Part shown: positions 17,024 through 25,143 of the stretch, one piece after another | How the letters are laid out: each line of letters begins with the position of its first letter | Numbering within the stretch: position 1 is the stretch's first letter | NCBI GenBank assembly: GCA_947470885.1 | Contig: CANIXE010000002.1 | Location: forward strand, 1 to 36,053 | Origin: Planctomycetota bacterium | GTDB taxonomy: Bacteria; Planctomycetota; UBA11346 | Length of the DNA stretch: 36,053 nt | Reading direction: 5' to 3' | Position numbers and translations under genes: made by a program | Notes under the pieces: generated by a model | What the model was told of the DNA's origin: nothing | Database searches by the model: none | The model's input: the letters and a program-made list of their open reading frames with translations, nothing else

Positions 17024-18220
17024 TCACACGGCCACCGCGGCCCGTTCGAACAGCCGGCCGGCGAACAGATCCGGAGAAGCCGGGACGATGTCGTCCGGGA
17101 CCTCCTGGCCGGTGGTGGCCAGGCGCACCGGCAGGCGATGACGGCGCAGACAGCCATAGAGGCGGCCCGGGGCGGCGCATTCGTCCAGCTTGGTGATCCC
17201 CACGTGCTCCAGGGGCAGGATGCTGAAGCGTTCCACCACGGCGGCGAATTCCGCTCGACCGCTGGTGGCGGCGGCGCAGAGCATGACCTGCAGCCCGGGG
17301 ACGCAGCGGGCGAAGCCGGTGAGTTCGTGGACCCGGGCGGTATCTGCGGGGCTGCGCCCGGCGGTGTCCACCAGGACGTGGTCCTTGTCAGAGAAACGTT
17401 CCACCAGGCGGGCCAGCTGGGCCGGGGTGGTGGCGACTTCCAGGGGGACGCCCAGGAGATCGGCGTAGGCCTGGAGCTGATCGGTGGCCCCGACCCGGTA
17501 GGTGTCGATGGTCAGCAGGGCGACGCTGCGCTTTTTCTTCAGCACCAGGTCGCCAGCGATCTTGGCGATGGTGGTGGTCTTGCCCACCCCGGTGGCCCCC
17601 ACCACCAGCAGGCGGCGGCAGTGGTCCCAGTCGATGGGCGCGACCTGGGCCAGGCTGCGGGCCAGGAAACGGCGGCAGAATTCCTCTTTGCGGCTGGGTT
17701 CCAGGCGACCGGCAACTTTGCCCAGGGCGTCGTCCAGCTCCGCCAGGTGTTCGGCGGGCAGTTCGGATTCCTCCAGGGCCATGGCCAGAGATTCCCCCAG
17801 GTGGGTGTTGGCCACCGCCCGGCCCTGGCTGAGCCGGGCGAGCTGGCGGCGGATCGCTCCCAATTCATCCTCCAGGCCGTTGGCCGGGGCTGGCGTGGCC
17901 GGTGCAGGAGCCGGAGTGCCCGCCCAGGCCCGCAAGCCAGCCGCCTGATCGGTGAAATCCGCCGGGGCCCAGGGCCGGACGCCATCGGCTTCGTCGTGGG
18001 TGGAATCCCGGGAAAAAGTTGGGGTGGGTTTGGCCGGGGTGGCAATCGGCCCGAGATCGTCTTCGGCGGCGGCGACCACTTCATAGCCCACGGTCGAGCC
18101 CAATAACCCGGGGGATTTCACGGTCTTCGTCTCGATGATCAGGGCCGCAGATCCCAAATCGGTGCGGACCTTGGTCAGGGCTTCAGCGACCGTGCGGCCA
18201 GTGTAGCGTTTGACGATCAT
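17024..18220 (-). CDS. flhF: Flagellar biosynthesis GTPase FlhF (SRP-type)
   Basis: MIVKRYTGRTVAEALTKVRTDLG N-terminus and NG domain with GATGVGKTTTIAK, DTYRVGA and DTAGR motifs. Located between flhA and flhG. Confidence 0.9.
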   Translation of the reverse strand: MIVKRYTGRTVAEALTKVRTDLGSAALIIETKTVKSPGLLGSTVGYEVVAAAEDDLGPIATPAKPTPTFSRDSTHDEADGVRPWAPADFTDQAAGLRAWAGTPAPAPATPAPANGLEDELGAIRRQLARLSQGRAVANTHLGESLAMALEESELPAEHLAELDDALGKVAGRLEPSRKEEFCRRFLARSLAQVAPIDWDHCRRLLVVGATGVGKTTTIAKIAGDLVLKKKRSVALLTIDTYRVGATDQLQAYADLLGVPLEVATTPAQLARLVERFSDKDHVLVDTAGRSPADTARVHELTGFARCVPGLQVMLCAAATSGRAEFAAVVERFSILPLEHVGITKLDECAAPGRLYGCLRRHRLPVRLATTGQEVPDDIVPASPDLFAGRLFERAAVAV

Positions 18221-18275
18221 GGCTGGACTTCCGAAGTGATCGCGGGCAAGGCAGGAGCATCGGTGCGGGCGTGGA

Positions 18276-18335
18276 CCACAAGGCCTCCTGTCTGGTTCTG
18301 AGACACCCCGTTGCAGGCTGCGACGGGGCAGGGTT
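18276..18335 (-). promoter_or_regulatory. Leader motif copy A (hairpin + SD + GTG) upstream of flhF
   Basis: On the minus strand: CCCCGTCGCAGCCTGCAACGGGG hairpin, then GACAGGAGGCCTTGTGG. About 75% identical over ~60 nt to 20647..20707. Confidence 0.4.
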
Positions 18336-18478
18336 CTGAGGAACTAATATGGCGTTGGGCGTGCCAATGTTGGGTGGTCATGTCGCAGTGGCGATGCTCC
18401 ACTCCGGGAGCGCCGGCCTCCAGGCCGGCTCGAAAACCTCCAGCAACGAATAACGTTGATTCCACCGCTAAAATCAAG

Positions 18479-18508
18479 CCGAGCGCCGAGCTGGTGCTCG
18501 GCGCTCGG
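18479..18508 (-). terminator. Candidate intrinsic terminator after flhA
   Basis: 12-bp perfect stem CCGAGCGCCGAG / CTCGGCGCTCGG with a 6-nt loop. On the minus strand it is followed by CTTGATTTTAG, and it sits 61 nt downstream of the flhA stop. Confidence 0.5.
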
Positions 18509-18568
18509 ACAGAACATTTTTCGCTGCGGTGAAATTTCGCCGCTATATTTCAGGTATCGCCGTCAACC

Positions 18569-20677
18569 TCAACGGTTCAAGGCAATCGTCCCGACGACAT
18601 CGACTTGTACTTGGGGCCCCAACTCGGTGTAACTGATCACCGGCAAGTCGGGGAAAAACCGGGCGGTGATTTGGCGCAGGCTGCGGCGGATCGCTCCGGT
18701 GGTCAACAGCACCGGTTCGTGGCCCTGGGCGTTGGCGTCCGCCAGGGTCTTGCCCAACTGATCGACGAGGCTGCTGGCTTCCGCCGGAGCGATGGCCAGG
18801 CCGCCGCCATGGTTGGCCTGCTGCATGGCCTGGGACAGTCGGGCCTCGGTCTGGGGTTCCAGGATCACCGCCATCAGCCGGCCTTCCGGGGTCAGGTGGG
18901 GGGCGACCACCGCCCGGCCGATCCGGGCCCGGGCCTGTTCTGCCAGCAACGCCGGGTCCGCCGCCGGGGCGTCGGCGATGGCTTCCAGGATCTTCTCCAG
19001 GTTGGTGACCGCAACTTTTTCGTCCAACAGGTGGCCCAGGACCTTCTGCACGGCCCCCAGTTTCGCGTTGGTTTCGATGTCCTTGACCAGCACCGGGGCG
19101 TCTTTCTTGAGGGCGTTGAGCATGGTCTGCACGTCCTCGCGGTTGAGGATCTGGCTGGCGTTGGCCTTGAGGAGTTGGGTCAGGTGGGTGATGAACACCG
19201 ACGCGGGGTCGGTGACGGTGTAGCCCAGGCCCTCGGCTTCGCTGCGCTTGCCGGTTTCGATCCACACCGCGTCGAGGCCGAAGGCGGGTTCCTTGGTGGC
19301 CAGGCCCTGGACGGCCCCGGCGACGGCCCCGCCGTCGATGGCCAGCAGGCGATCCGCGTAGAGTTCGCCGGTGGCCAGGACCTGCCCTCCTGCCAGCAGG
19401 CGGTAGGTGTTGGGGGAGAGCTGGATGTTGTCCTTGATTCGGATCGGCGGGACGAGCAGACCGCTGTCCCGGGCGATTTGCTTGCGCAGGGCGGTGATCC
19501 GGTCCAACAGGGTGCCGCCCCGGTCCTTGTCCACGAGGGGGATGAGGCGGTAGCCGACTTCCACCCCCAGGCGGTCGCCCCCCAGGAGGTCCTCCGGTTT
19601 CTCCTCGGGTTTGGGCTCGGACGCTTTGGCGGCGGAGACCTTGGCCTCGGCGACCTCTTTTTCCACGCCGTCCATGGTCCGGGAAATGATGAACAGGATG
19701 CTGGCCAACAAGAAAAACGGGATGAAGGGCATCCCCGGGATCAGGCCCAGGAAGCCGGTCATGGCTGCGGCCACGGCGATGGCCCGGGGTTTGATGAACA
19801 ACTCTTTGGTCAGCTCGCTGCCCAGGGTCTGATCGCTCCGGGCCTTGGTCACCAGCAGGCCGCTGCCGATGGTGATCAGCAGGGACGGGATCTGGCTGAC
19901 CAGGCCGTCGCCCACGGTCAGCAGGGTGAACCGGCTGAGGGCCTGGCCGGCGGACATGTTGAGCATGGTCATGCCGATGATGAAGCCGGCGATGATGTTG
20001 ACGATGGTGATGATCAGACCGGCGATGGCGTCGCCTTTGACGAACTTGCCGGCACCGTCCATCGCCCCGTAGAATTCCGCTTCCTGGGCGATTTTTTCCC
20101 GGCGTTCCCGGGCGTCCTTTTCGCTGATCAGGCCGGCGTTCAGATCGGCGTCGATGGCCATCTGCTTGCCGGGCATGGCATCGAGGACGAACCGGGCGGC
20201 GACTTCGCTGATGCGCCCGGCACCTTTGGTAATGACCACCAACTGGATGATCAGGAGAATAATGAAGACCACTACGCCGACCACGAAGTTGCCGCCGACC
20301 ACGAAGCTGCCGAAGGTTTCGATCACCGCGCCGCCGGAGCCAGTGAGAAGGATCAACCGGGTGGAGGCCACGTTCAGGCCGAGCCGGAGCATGGTGGTGA
20401 TTAGGAGTAGGCTAGGGAAGGCGCTGAATTCCAGGGGATGCTTGGCGTAAATGCAGACCAGGAGCACGACCATGCTGACAGTCAGGTTCACCGCGATCAG
20501 GAACGACAGCAAACTAGAAGGCACGGGCAGGATCAGCACCGCGAGGATGCCGATGACGCCTAAGCTAAAGATCAGGTCGGTGCGCTTGGCCAGGGCATCC
20601 AGACGGGTGCCGAAGGGGGTCGCAGGTGCGGCGGCGGAGGCAACGGCCACGGGGGCTCCTGTCGGATCCTGCGACAC
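18569..20677 (-). CDS. flhA: Flagellar type III export apparatus protein FlhA
   Basis: Canonical FlhA membrane domain (FPSLLLITTMLRLGLNVASTRLIL, FVKGDAIAG) and cytoplasmic domain. The track start at 20677 is a GTG. A GTG at 20650, preceded by AGGAG, is an equally good start. Confidence 0.95.
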   Translation of the reverse strand: MSQDPTGAPVAVASAAAPATPFGTRLDALAKRTDLIFSLGVIGILAVLILPVPSSLLSFLIAVNLTVSMVVLLVCIYAKHPLEFSAFPSLLLITTMLRLGLNVASTRLILLTGSGGAVIETFGSFVVGGNFVVGVVVFIILLIIQLVVITKGAGRISEVAARFVLDAMPGKQMAIDADLNAGLISEKDARERREKIAQEAEFYGAMDGAGKFVKGDAIAGLIITIVNIIAGFIIGMTMLNMSAGQALSRFTLLTVGDGLVSQIPSLLITIGSGLLVTKARSDQTLGSELTKELFIKPRAIAVAAAMTGFLGLIPGMPFIPFFLLASILFIISRTMDGVEKEVAEAKVSAAKASEPKPEEKPEDLLGGDRLGVEVGYRLIPLVDKDRGGTLLDRITALRKQIARDSGLLVPPIRIKDNIQLSPNTYRLLAGGQVLATGELYADRLLAIDGGAVAGAVQGLATKEPAFGLDAVWIETGKRSEAEGLGYTVTDPASVFITHLTQLLKANASQILNREDVQTMLNALKKDAPVLVKDIETNAKLGAVQKVLGHLLDEKVAVTNLEKILEAIADAPAADPALLAEQARARIGRAVVAPHLTPEGRLMAVILEPQTEARLSQAMQQANHGGGLAIAPAEASSLVDQLGKTLADANAQGHEPVLLTTGAIRRSLRQITARFFPDLPVISYTELGPQVQVDVVGTIALNR

Positions 20678-20707
20678 CCCCCGTCGCGGGCTGCGACGGG
20701 TACGGTC
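20647..20707 (-). promoter_or_regulatory. Leader motif copy B (hairpin + SD + GTG) at the flhA start
   Basis: On the minus strand: CCCGTCGCAGCCCGCGACGGG hairpin, then GACAGGAGCCCCCGTGG. Paralogous to 18276..18335. Confidence 0.4.
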
Positions 20708-20757
20708 TTGGCAGGGCTCAGCGGAGGATCAGGGGCGCAGGGTGTGCCAATGGCGTT

Positions 20758-21255
20758 TCAGGGCGTCGAAGAGTCCCGCGCGGGGGTCTTCACCGGGGGG
20801 GTAGGATTCCCCGGGGTCGATGGAACCGGGGTGGACTCCTGGGCGTCTGCAACGGGGATTCGACGCCAGCCCTGCCCGTTCGGAACTTCAGCCAGGAGGG
20901 CGATGGCCCCGGGATGCCGGGCCACCGCTTCCAGGGCATCCCGGGGGCTGGCGGCCCACAGGGGCATGGCCCCAGAGCCGCTAAACACCAGGCGTTTCCA
21001 GCCCCGGAGAAGATGGTCCCGGTCCCGGCCGAGGAGAGCGTGGAGACGGGCATCGGTGGCGGGATCCTCCACCAGGATGATCACCACGGCGGTGCCGTTC
21101 TTCCAAGTGGTGATCCGACCCAGGAACATGTCCCGTAGACGACCAATGGTCAGGGTATCCTCGGGCACCAAGGGGTGCACCGCCACCGTCTCGGCGCTGA
21201 ACGCCGCGATGGCCAGGCTCATCGCCATCCACAACCGGAGGGCGAAACCAGACAT
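20758..21255 (-). CDS. Small periplasmic PstS/PBP-like domain protein
   Basis: ATG at 21255 (MSGFALRLWMAMSLAIAAFSA, a signal peptide) overlaps the porin stop by 1 nt (TGATG). LRDMFLGRITTWKNG...VVIIL and ARHPGAIALL resemble phosphate-binding-protein-like domains. The assignment is tentative. Confidence 0.55.
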   Translation of the reverse strand: MSGFALRLWMAMSLAIAAFSAETVAVHPLVPEDTLTIGRLRDMFLGRITTWKNGTAVVIILVEDPATDARLHALLGRDRDHLLRGWKRLVFSGSGAMPLWAASPRDALEAVARHPGAIALLAEVPNGQGWRRIPVADAQESTPVPSTPGNPTPPVKTPARDSSTP

Positions 21256-22418
21256 CAGAAATCCACCGTGGTCTTCAGGGCCAGGACCTGCCAACGTTTC
21301 TCCACCCCGTCGGGATTGTCCACGGCGAAGGCGCCCTTGCTGCCGTGGTTATCCCTGATTTCCGCCTTCACGGACCAATTGGTCAGGGGGTAGGTGCAGA
21401 CGGCGAAGACCGTGGTCAGCACGTTGTTCCGGGAGCGGTCGGCGGGATCATCCACCGCCTCCTCCACGGCACCGTAGAAGTCCAGCCACCGCTGGGCGTG
21501 CCAAGTGGTGCTGATGTACCCGCCTTCGGCATTGGTGCCGGCGGGAACTTCAGGCCGTACCGGGGGATTGAACACGGTCCAACCCTTGGCCCGACTGCGG
21601 GTGTATTCCGCCACCCAGGTGAAGCTGTCGATTTCGTACAGGAGGGAGGCGACTCCGTAGAAATAGTCGCCAAAGGTGGTGACTGCGCCCGGTCCGCCGC
21701 CTGGCAGGCCGCCGGTGAATTCAAGGCGGTGGATGTCGGCAAAGGTCACCCGGGCGTCCAGGCCCTGCACCGGGGTGTGCCAGTGGAGCATGCCCCCCGC
21801 CACCCAGGCGGTGTCCAGGTGGTCGATGACCAGGGGTAGGCTGGTTTGGCGGAAGTTCATGGTGACCCCGCCATCGGGGTCGTAGCGTTTATGGCCAAGG
21901 AAGGCCGCATATTCAAAGGCATCCGCCGTGCCGTAGATTTTCACCCCATCGGTGGAGACGAACAGGTCCCGGGCCCGCAGGGCGTATACGTAGGGCACTT
22001 GGAACACCGACGCCCGGGAGGCATCCACATCCATGGATTCGTTGAACAGGCCCACGGGTAACTTGAACCGGCCGACCTGGACGCCCAGGGCATCCGCCAC
22101 CCGGTAGTCGGCATACAACAGGTCCAGCTGGACTTTGCCGTTGTCGTATTGGCCGAGATCCCGGGCATAGAGCTGGGCGCCCAGGCGCAGTCGATCCATC
22201 GGTCGGGCCGTGGTGTTCAGTCCGGTCTCCCAGAACTCGTTGCTGCCCTCCCGGGTTGGTCCCAGCCAGTTGTTGCCCCAGGTTTGTAGATGACCGAAGG
22301 AGACGAATCCGTGGACGTCCAGGTTCAGGTCATTCTCGACCGCCCCCAGCCCGGCAAGCCCAGCTACGGGTAGTATGAGGATGTTTAACAGGACTAAGGC
22401 AGGACGAGGGCAATGCAC
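21255..22418 (-). CDS. Outer-membrane beta-barrel (porin-like) protein
   Basis: Signal peptide, alternating amphipathic beta-strand pattern rich in Y/G/D/N, and a C-terminal aromatic residue (...LALKTTVDF) typical of BAM-dependent OMPs. Confidence 0.7.
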   Translation of the reverse strand: MHCPRPALVLLNILILPVAGLAGLGAVENDLNLDVHGFVSFGHLQTWGNNWLGPTREGSNEFWETGLNTTARPMDRLRLGAQLYARDLGQYDNGKVQLDLLYADYRVADALGVQVGRFKLPVGLFNESMDVDASRASVFQVPYVYALRARDLFVSTDGVKIYGTADAFEYAAFLGHKRYDPDGGVTMNFRQTSLPLVIDHLDTAWVAGGMLHWHTPVQGLDARVTFADIHRLEFTGGLPGGGPGAVTTFGDYFYGVASLLYEIDSFTWVAEYTRSRAKGWTVFNPPVRPEVPAGTNAEGGYISTTWHAQRWLDFYGAVEEAVDDPADRSRNNVLTTVFAVCTYPLTNWSVKAEIRDNHGSKGAFAVDNPDGVEKRWQVLALKTTVDF

Positions 22419-22482
22419 GACCGCACGCTAGGCGGGGCCATCCGTCCGGTCAACGGCGCGTGGGGTGTTTCCGTCCAGGGTG

Positions 22483-23229
22483 TCAGCGCCGCAGGAGCAG
22501 ACTGAGCCCGGCGACCACCGTGAGGGTCAGGACGGTGATCTCGAACGCCCGTTGGGGCAGCCGATCATAGATCCGCTTGCCGGCAAAAGCCCCCACCAGG
22601 ATTCCCGGTAGCAAAATGAGGTCGATCAGCAGGGAATCCCCGGTGATCATTCCCTGCCAAGCGTAGATCGGCAATTTCAACAGGTTCACCAGGAAGAAGA
22701 ACCAGGCCCCGGTGCCCATGAACTGGTCCTTGGCCAGGTCCGATGACAGCAGATAGAGATTCATCACCGGCCCAGCGGCGTTGGCGACGGTGGTGGCGAA
22801 GCCGGTGATGACCCCGAACAGCAGGGCCTTCCGCCAGGTACGATCCGCGCCGAGGAGTTTGTCGTCCTGCACTTTTTTGCGGATCAGGTGGGCGGCGACC
22901 ATCACCAGGACGATCCCGCCGACGAGCATCCGCAGGGAATCGGCGCTCATCACGGTCAGCACCGTCGTGCCTAGGCCGATGCCCACGGCGACCCAGGGAA
23001 ACAGGTGGAGGAGATCCCAGGCCTTGGCGTGCCGCCTGAAATAGAACACCCCGAACAAATCCGCGGCGCACAGCAGGGGCAGCAACGTGCCCGGGCCGGA
23101 CAGACGGTCGCCCACCACATGGAACATCAGGGGCACCACCAGGATGCCCAGGCCGGGCACGCCGGTCTTGGCCAGGCCCACCAACACGGCGCAGACTCCA
23201 CCCACCGCCCACTGGAGGGGAGTGAGCAC
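22483..23229 (-). CDS. TauE/SafE (TSUP, DUF81) family anion permease
   Basis: Polytopic membrane protein with the TSUP-like segments VGLAKTGVPGLGILVVPL and GPVMNLYLL. Start moved to the GTG at 23229, just after the ruvX stop. The track start at 23310 would overlap ruvX by 79 nt. Confidence 0.8.
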   Translation of the reverse strand: MLTPLQWAVGGVCAVLVGLAKTGVPGLGILVVPLMFHVVGDRLSGPGTLLPLLCAADLFGVFYFRRHAKAWDLLHLFPWVAVGIGLGTTVLTVMSADSLRMLVGGIVLVMVAAHLIRKKVQDDKLLGADRTWRKALLFGVITGFATTVANAAGPVMNLYLLSSDLAKDQFMGTGAWFFFLVNLLKLPIYAWQGMITGDSLLIDLILLPGILVGAFAGKRIYDRLPQRAFEITVLTLTVVAGLSLLLRR

Positions 23230-23231
23230 GT

Positions 23232-23654
23232 TCAGCTCTCGCCGGCGAGGTAGCGGCGGAGGATGATGGCCGCTGCGGCGGCGTCCTGGCGCCCGGGTTT
23301 GGGCGGCCATTCCCCCCGTTCCCGGAGCAGATCATCCGCCTCGCCACTGGAATAGCGCTCATCCACTTCGGCCACCGGCAAGGGGCAGACTTTCGCTAAT
23401 TCCGCGAGGAATTTCCGCACCCAGACCACGTTTTCCCCGGCATCGCCATTGGCGTGGAGGGGCAGGCCGATCACTAGGCCGTCGGCGCCCTGCTGTTTGG
23501 CGACCTGGGCGACGATCAACGCCGCCTGGGCATCCGTGGTCCGGGGGACATGACCGATCAACGTCTGGCTGATGCCCAGGGGATCCCCGGTGGCGAGGCC
23601 GATCCGGGCCTTGCCGTAATCGATGGCCACCAGCTTGCCGGTCAGTCGGGTCAC
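23232..23654 (-). CDS. ruvX: Putative pre-16S rRNA nuclease / Holliday junction resolvase-like protein RuvX (YqgF)
   Basis: LVAIDYGKARIGLA...GLVIGLPLHANG...DERYSS is the YqgF signature. The GTG start at 23654 overlaps the ybeY stop (GTGA). Confidence 0.85.
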   Translation of the reverse strand: MTRLTGKLVAIDYGKARIGLATGDPLGISQTLIGHVPRTTDAQAALIVAQVAKQQGADGLVIGLPLHANGDAGENVVWVRKFLAELAKVCPLPVAEVDERYSSGEADDLLRERGEWPPKPGRQDAAAAAIILRRYLAGES

Positions 23655-24115
23655 GACGGTTCCGCTTCCAGGGGAATTCCCTCGGCCCCCAGCAGGCGCA
23701 CCTGAACCGCCCACATGGCCTTCTGGTCCTCCGGGTGCTCGTCGTCGTAGCCCAGGAGGTGCAGCACCCCATGGAGGATGTAGAGGGCCAGTTCGTCGCC
23801 GGTGGGTCGCCCCCGTTCGCTGGCCCGGCGCTGGGCCACTTCAACCCCCACGGCCAAGTCCCCCAGGTGGCAGCGTTCGCTGTCGGGATCGTCGCTGCCG
23901 TCGGGGAAGGTCATGACGTCGGTGGGTTCCGAATCGTCGAAATGGGCTTCATGCAATTCCGCCGAACCGGCGTCGTCAACCAACAACACGGTGAGTTGGC
24001 AGAACGTCTGGTCGTCTTCCGCCAGGGCGGCATCCACCAGGCGTTGGACCAGGGGTTGGTCGATCAGGGGCAGGCCATTGGCCTCGTCCACGTAGGTGAT
24101 GATGCACCGGCTCAT
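23651..24115 (-). CDS. ybeY: Endoribonuclease YbeY (rRNA maturation factor)
   Basis: HGVLHLLGYDDEH zinc-binding motif and ~154 aa length. The ATG at 24115 overlaps the upstream stop (ATGA). Confidence 0.9.
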   Translation of the reverse strand: MSRCIITYVDEANGLPLIDQPLVQRLVDAALAEDDQTFCQLTVLLVDDAGSAELHEAHFDDSEPTDVMTFPDGSDDPDSERCHLGDLAVGVEVAQRRASERGRPTGDELALYILHGVLHLLGYDDEHPEDQKAMWAVQVRLLGAEGIPLEAEPS

Positions 24116-25143
24116 GGCAGGTTCCTCAGGAGGGCGCCCTTGCGGGCGAAGGGGTCGCCTTTGACCCAGGCGAAGCGGAGGGGCAGGGTGGCGCAAGTCG
24201 GATCCCGCAGATTGCTTCGGGTCATGGCCTGGAGATGCAGCCGGGGGCTTTTCGCCGCGCCGGAGGTGCCGCAATGGCCCAGCTCCTGGCCGGATTGCAC
24301 CTGATCTCCGATGTTCACCGCCACGGTACCCTGACGCAGATGACCGATCAGGAGGAACCGCTCTGGGCCGAGCTGGAGGATCACCTGGTTGCCGAAGGTG
24401 CCGTGGCTGCCCATCCCGTCATCCGGGTCTCCGTCCGCGGCCAGCACCACCAGGCCGTCCGCTGGGGCGATCACCGGCACGTCCCAACCAGAGGCGGGGG
24501 TGCCGGGAGCGGACCCCGGACCGGTGGTCGCCACGGCCAGTTCGATGGCGTCTTTGGTGGCAGAAACAAAATAATGGCGGTTGTGGAGGGGACTGGGGCC
24601 GCCTTCCAGGATCCGGGTGGGTTGGTCCCAGGGCAGGCGGATGTCCACCGTGCGCTCTGCCGGTGGCGGGGTCCGCTGCACCTGCCAGCACCAGCCGAGG
24701 ATGCCCAGGGCCACGACCTGGCCGATGCCTCCCGGGGTGTTGGGCCGGGCCTTGGGCAGCCAGGCGTCGATGATCCACAGCAGGGCCCCGGTGCCCAGGG
24801 CGACCGCCAGCACCTGTCCCTGCCCCGGGGCCAGGGTCGAACGGTCCAGGAGAGCCAGGGCACTGCCCAGGACCGCCAGCCAGAAGACTGTGGCGATGCC
24901 CGCCAGCACGGCGTAGCAGTGCTGGGCCGACGGAGTTCCAGGGGTTCCCCGGAGGGATCGGGGCAACAGGTCCCGGAACCAGGGCAATAGAACCAGGATG
25001 AAGCTGGCGAGCAGCAGGGCGGCCAGGAATTCCCCGGCCCGGCCGTGGTACAGCACCGGCACGGCCCCCACCAACAGGGCCACCATCAGCGCCCCCTGGG
25101 TCGAGACCGCCAGCAGTTCATTGCCCGCCGGCGGCTGTTTCAC
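24112..25143 (-). CDS. Membrane-anchored M23 (LytM-type) metallopeptidase
   Basis: Several N-terminal TM helices and a C-terminal M23-like region (GNQVILQLGP...GHL...GDQVQSGQELGHCGTSG...PRLHLQ). The GTG at 25143 overlaps the prfC stop (GTGA). Confidence 0.75.
   Translation of the reverse strand: MKQPPAGNELLAVSTQGALMVALLVGAVPVLYHGRAGEFLAALLLASFILVLLPWFRDLLPRSLRGTPGTPSAQHCYAVLAGIATVFWLAVLGSALALLDRSTLAPGQGQVLAVALGTGALLWIIDAWLPKARPNTPGGIGQVVALGILGWCWQVQRTPPPAERTVDIRLPWDQPTRILEGGPSPLHNRHYFVSATKDAIELAVATTGPGSAPGTPASGWDVPVIAPADGLVVLAADGDPDDGMGSHGTFGNQVILQLGPERFLLIGHLRQGTVAVNIGDQVQSGQELGHCGTSGAAKSPRLHLQAMTRSNLRDPTCATLPLRFAWVKGDPFARKGALLRNLP

Noticed and set aside
18446-18466. GAATAACGTTGATTC near-palindrome upstream of flhF, resembling the AATAACGCAGTTGAGTT end of the composite element.
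   Set aside because: The match needs a 3-nt gap and spans only ~15 nt, which is too short to separate from chance. It may still be a protein-binding palindrome, but I cannot support that from sequence alone.
18217-18477. 86-aa minus-strand ORF filling the flhA-flhF intergenic region.
   Set aside because: Composition and third-position bias look non-coding. It spans a terminator-like hairpin and the leader motif. Only its last 20 codons (from the GTG after the SD) are considered, as a possible uORF in the findings.
18605-20404. 599-aa plus-strand ORF opposite flhA. Similar long antisense ORFs occur at 16334..18106, 25734..27059, 6345..7388, 672..1658, 1701..2687, 29072..30595, 12482..13378, 24235..24990 and 33121..33945.
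   Set aside because: Each lies antisense to a gene with clear family signatures. Their translations are low-complexity Gly/Arg/Pro/Asp/His-rich strings, typical of open non-coding frames in high-GC DNA, and no domain motifs are visible.
22483-23310. Longer TauE start at 23310, and longer starts for ruvX (23714), ybeY (24274), the M23 peptidase (25200), prfC (26843), pckG (5884), the BFN nuclease (7717), the coiled-coil protein (8966), the L,D-transpeptidase (8711), the MORN-Trx protein (32365) and the secreted KEKPA protein (34057).
   Set aside because: The extensions overlap the upstream gene by tens to hundreds of nt and encode Arg/Pro/Gly-rich sequence absent from these families. Internal ATG/GTG starts give canonical N-termini or signal peptides and 4-nt coupling overlaps.
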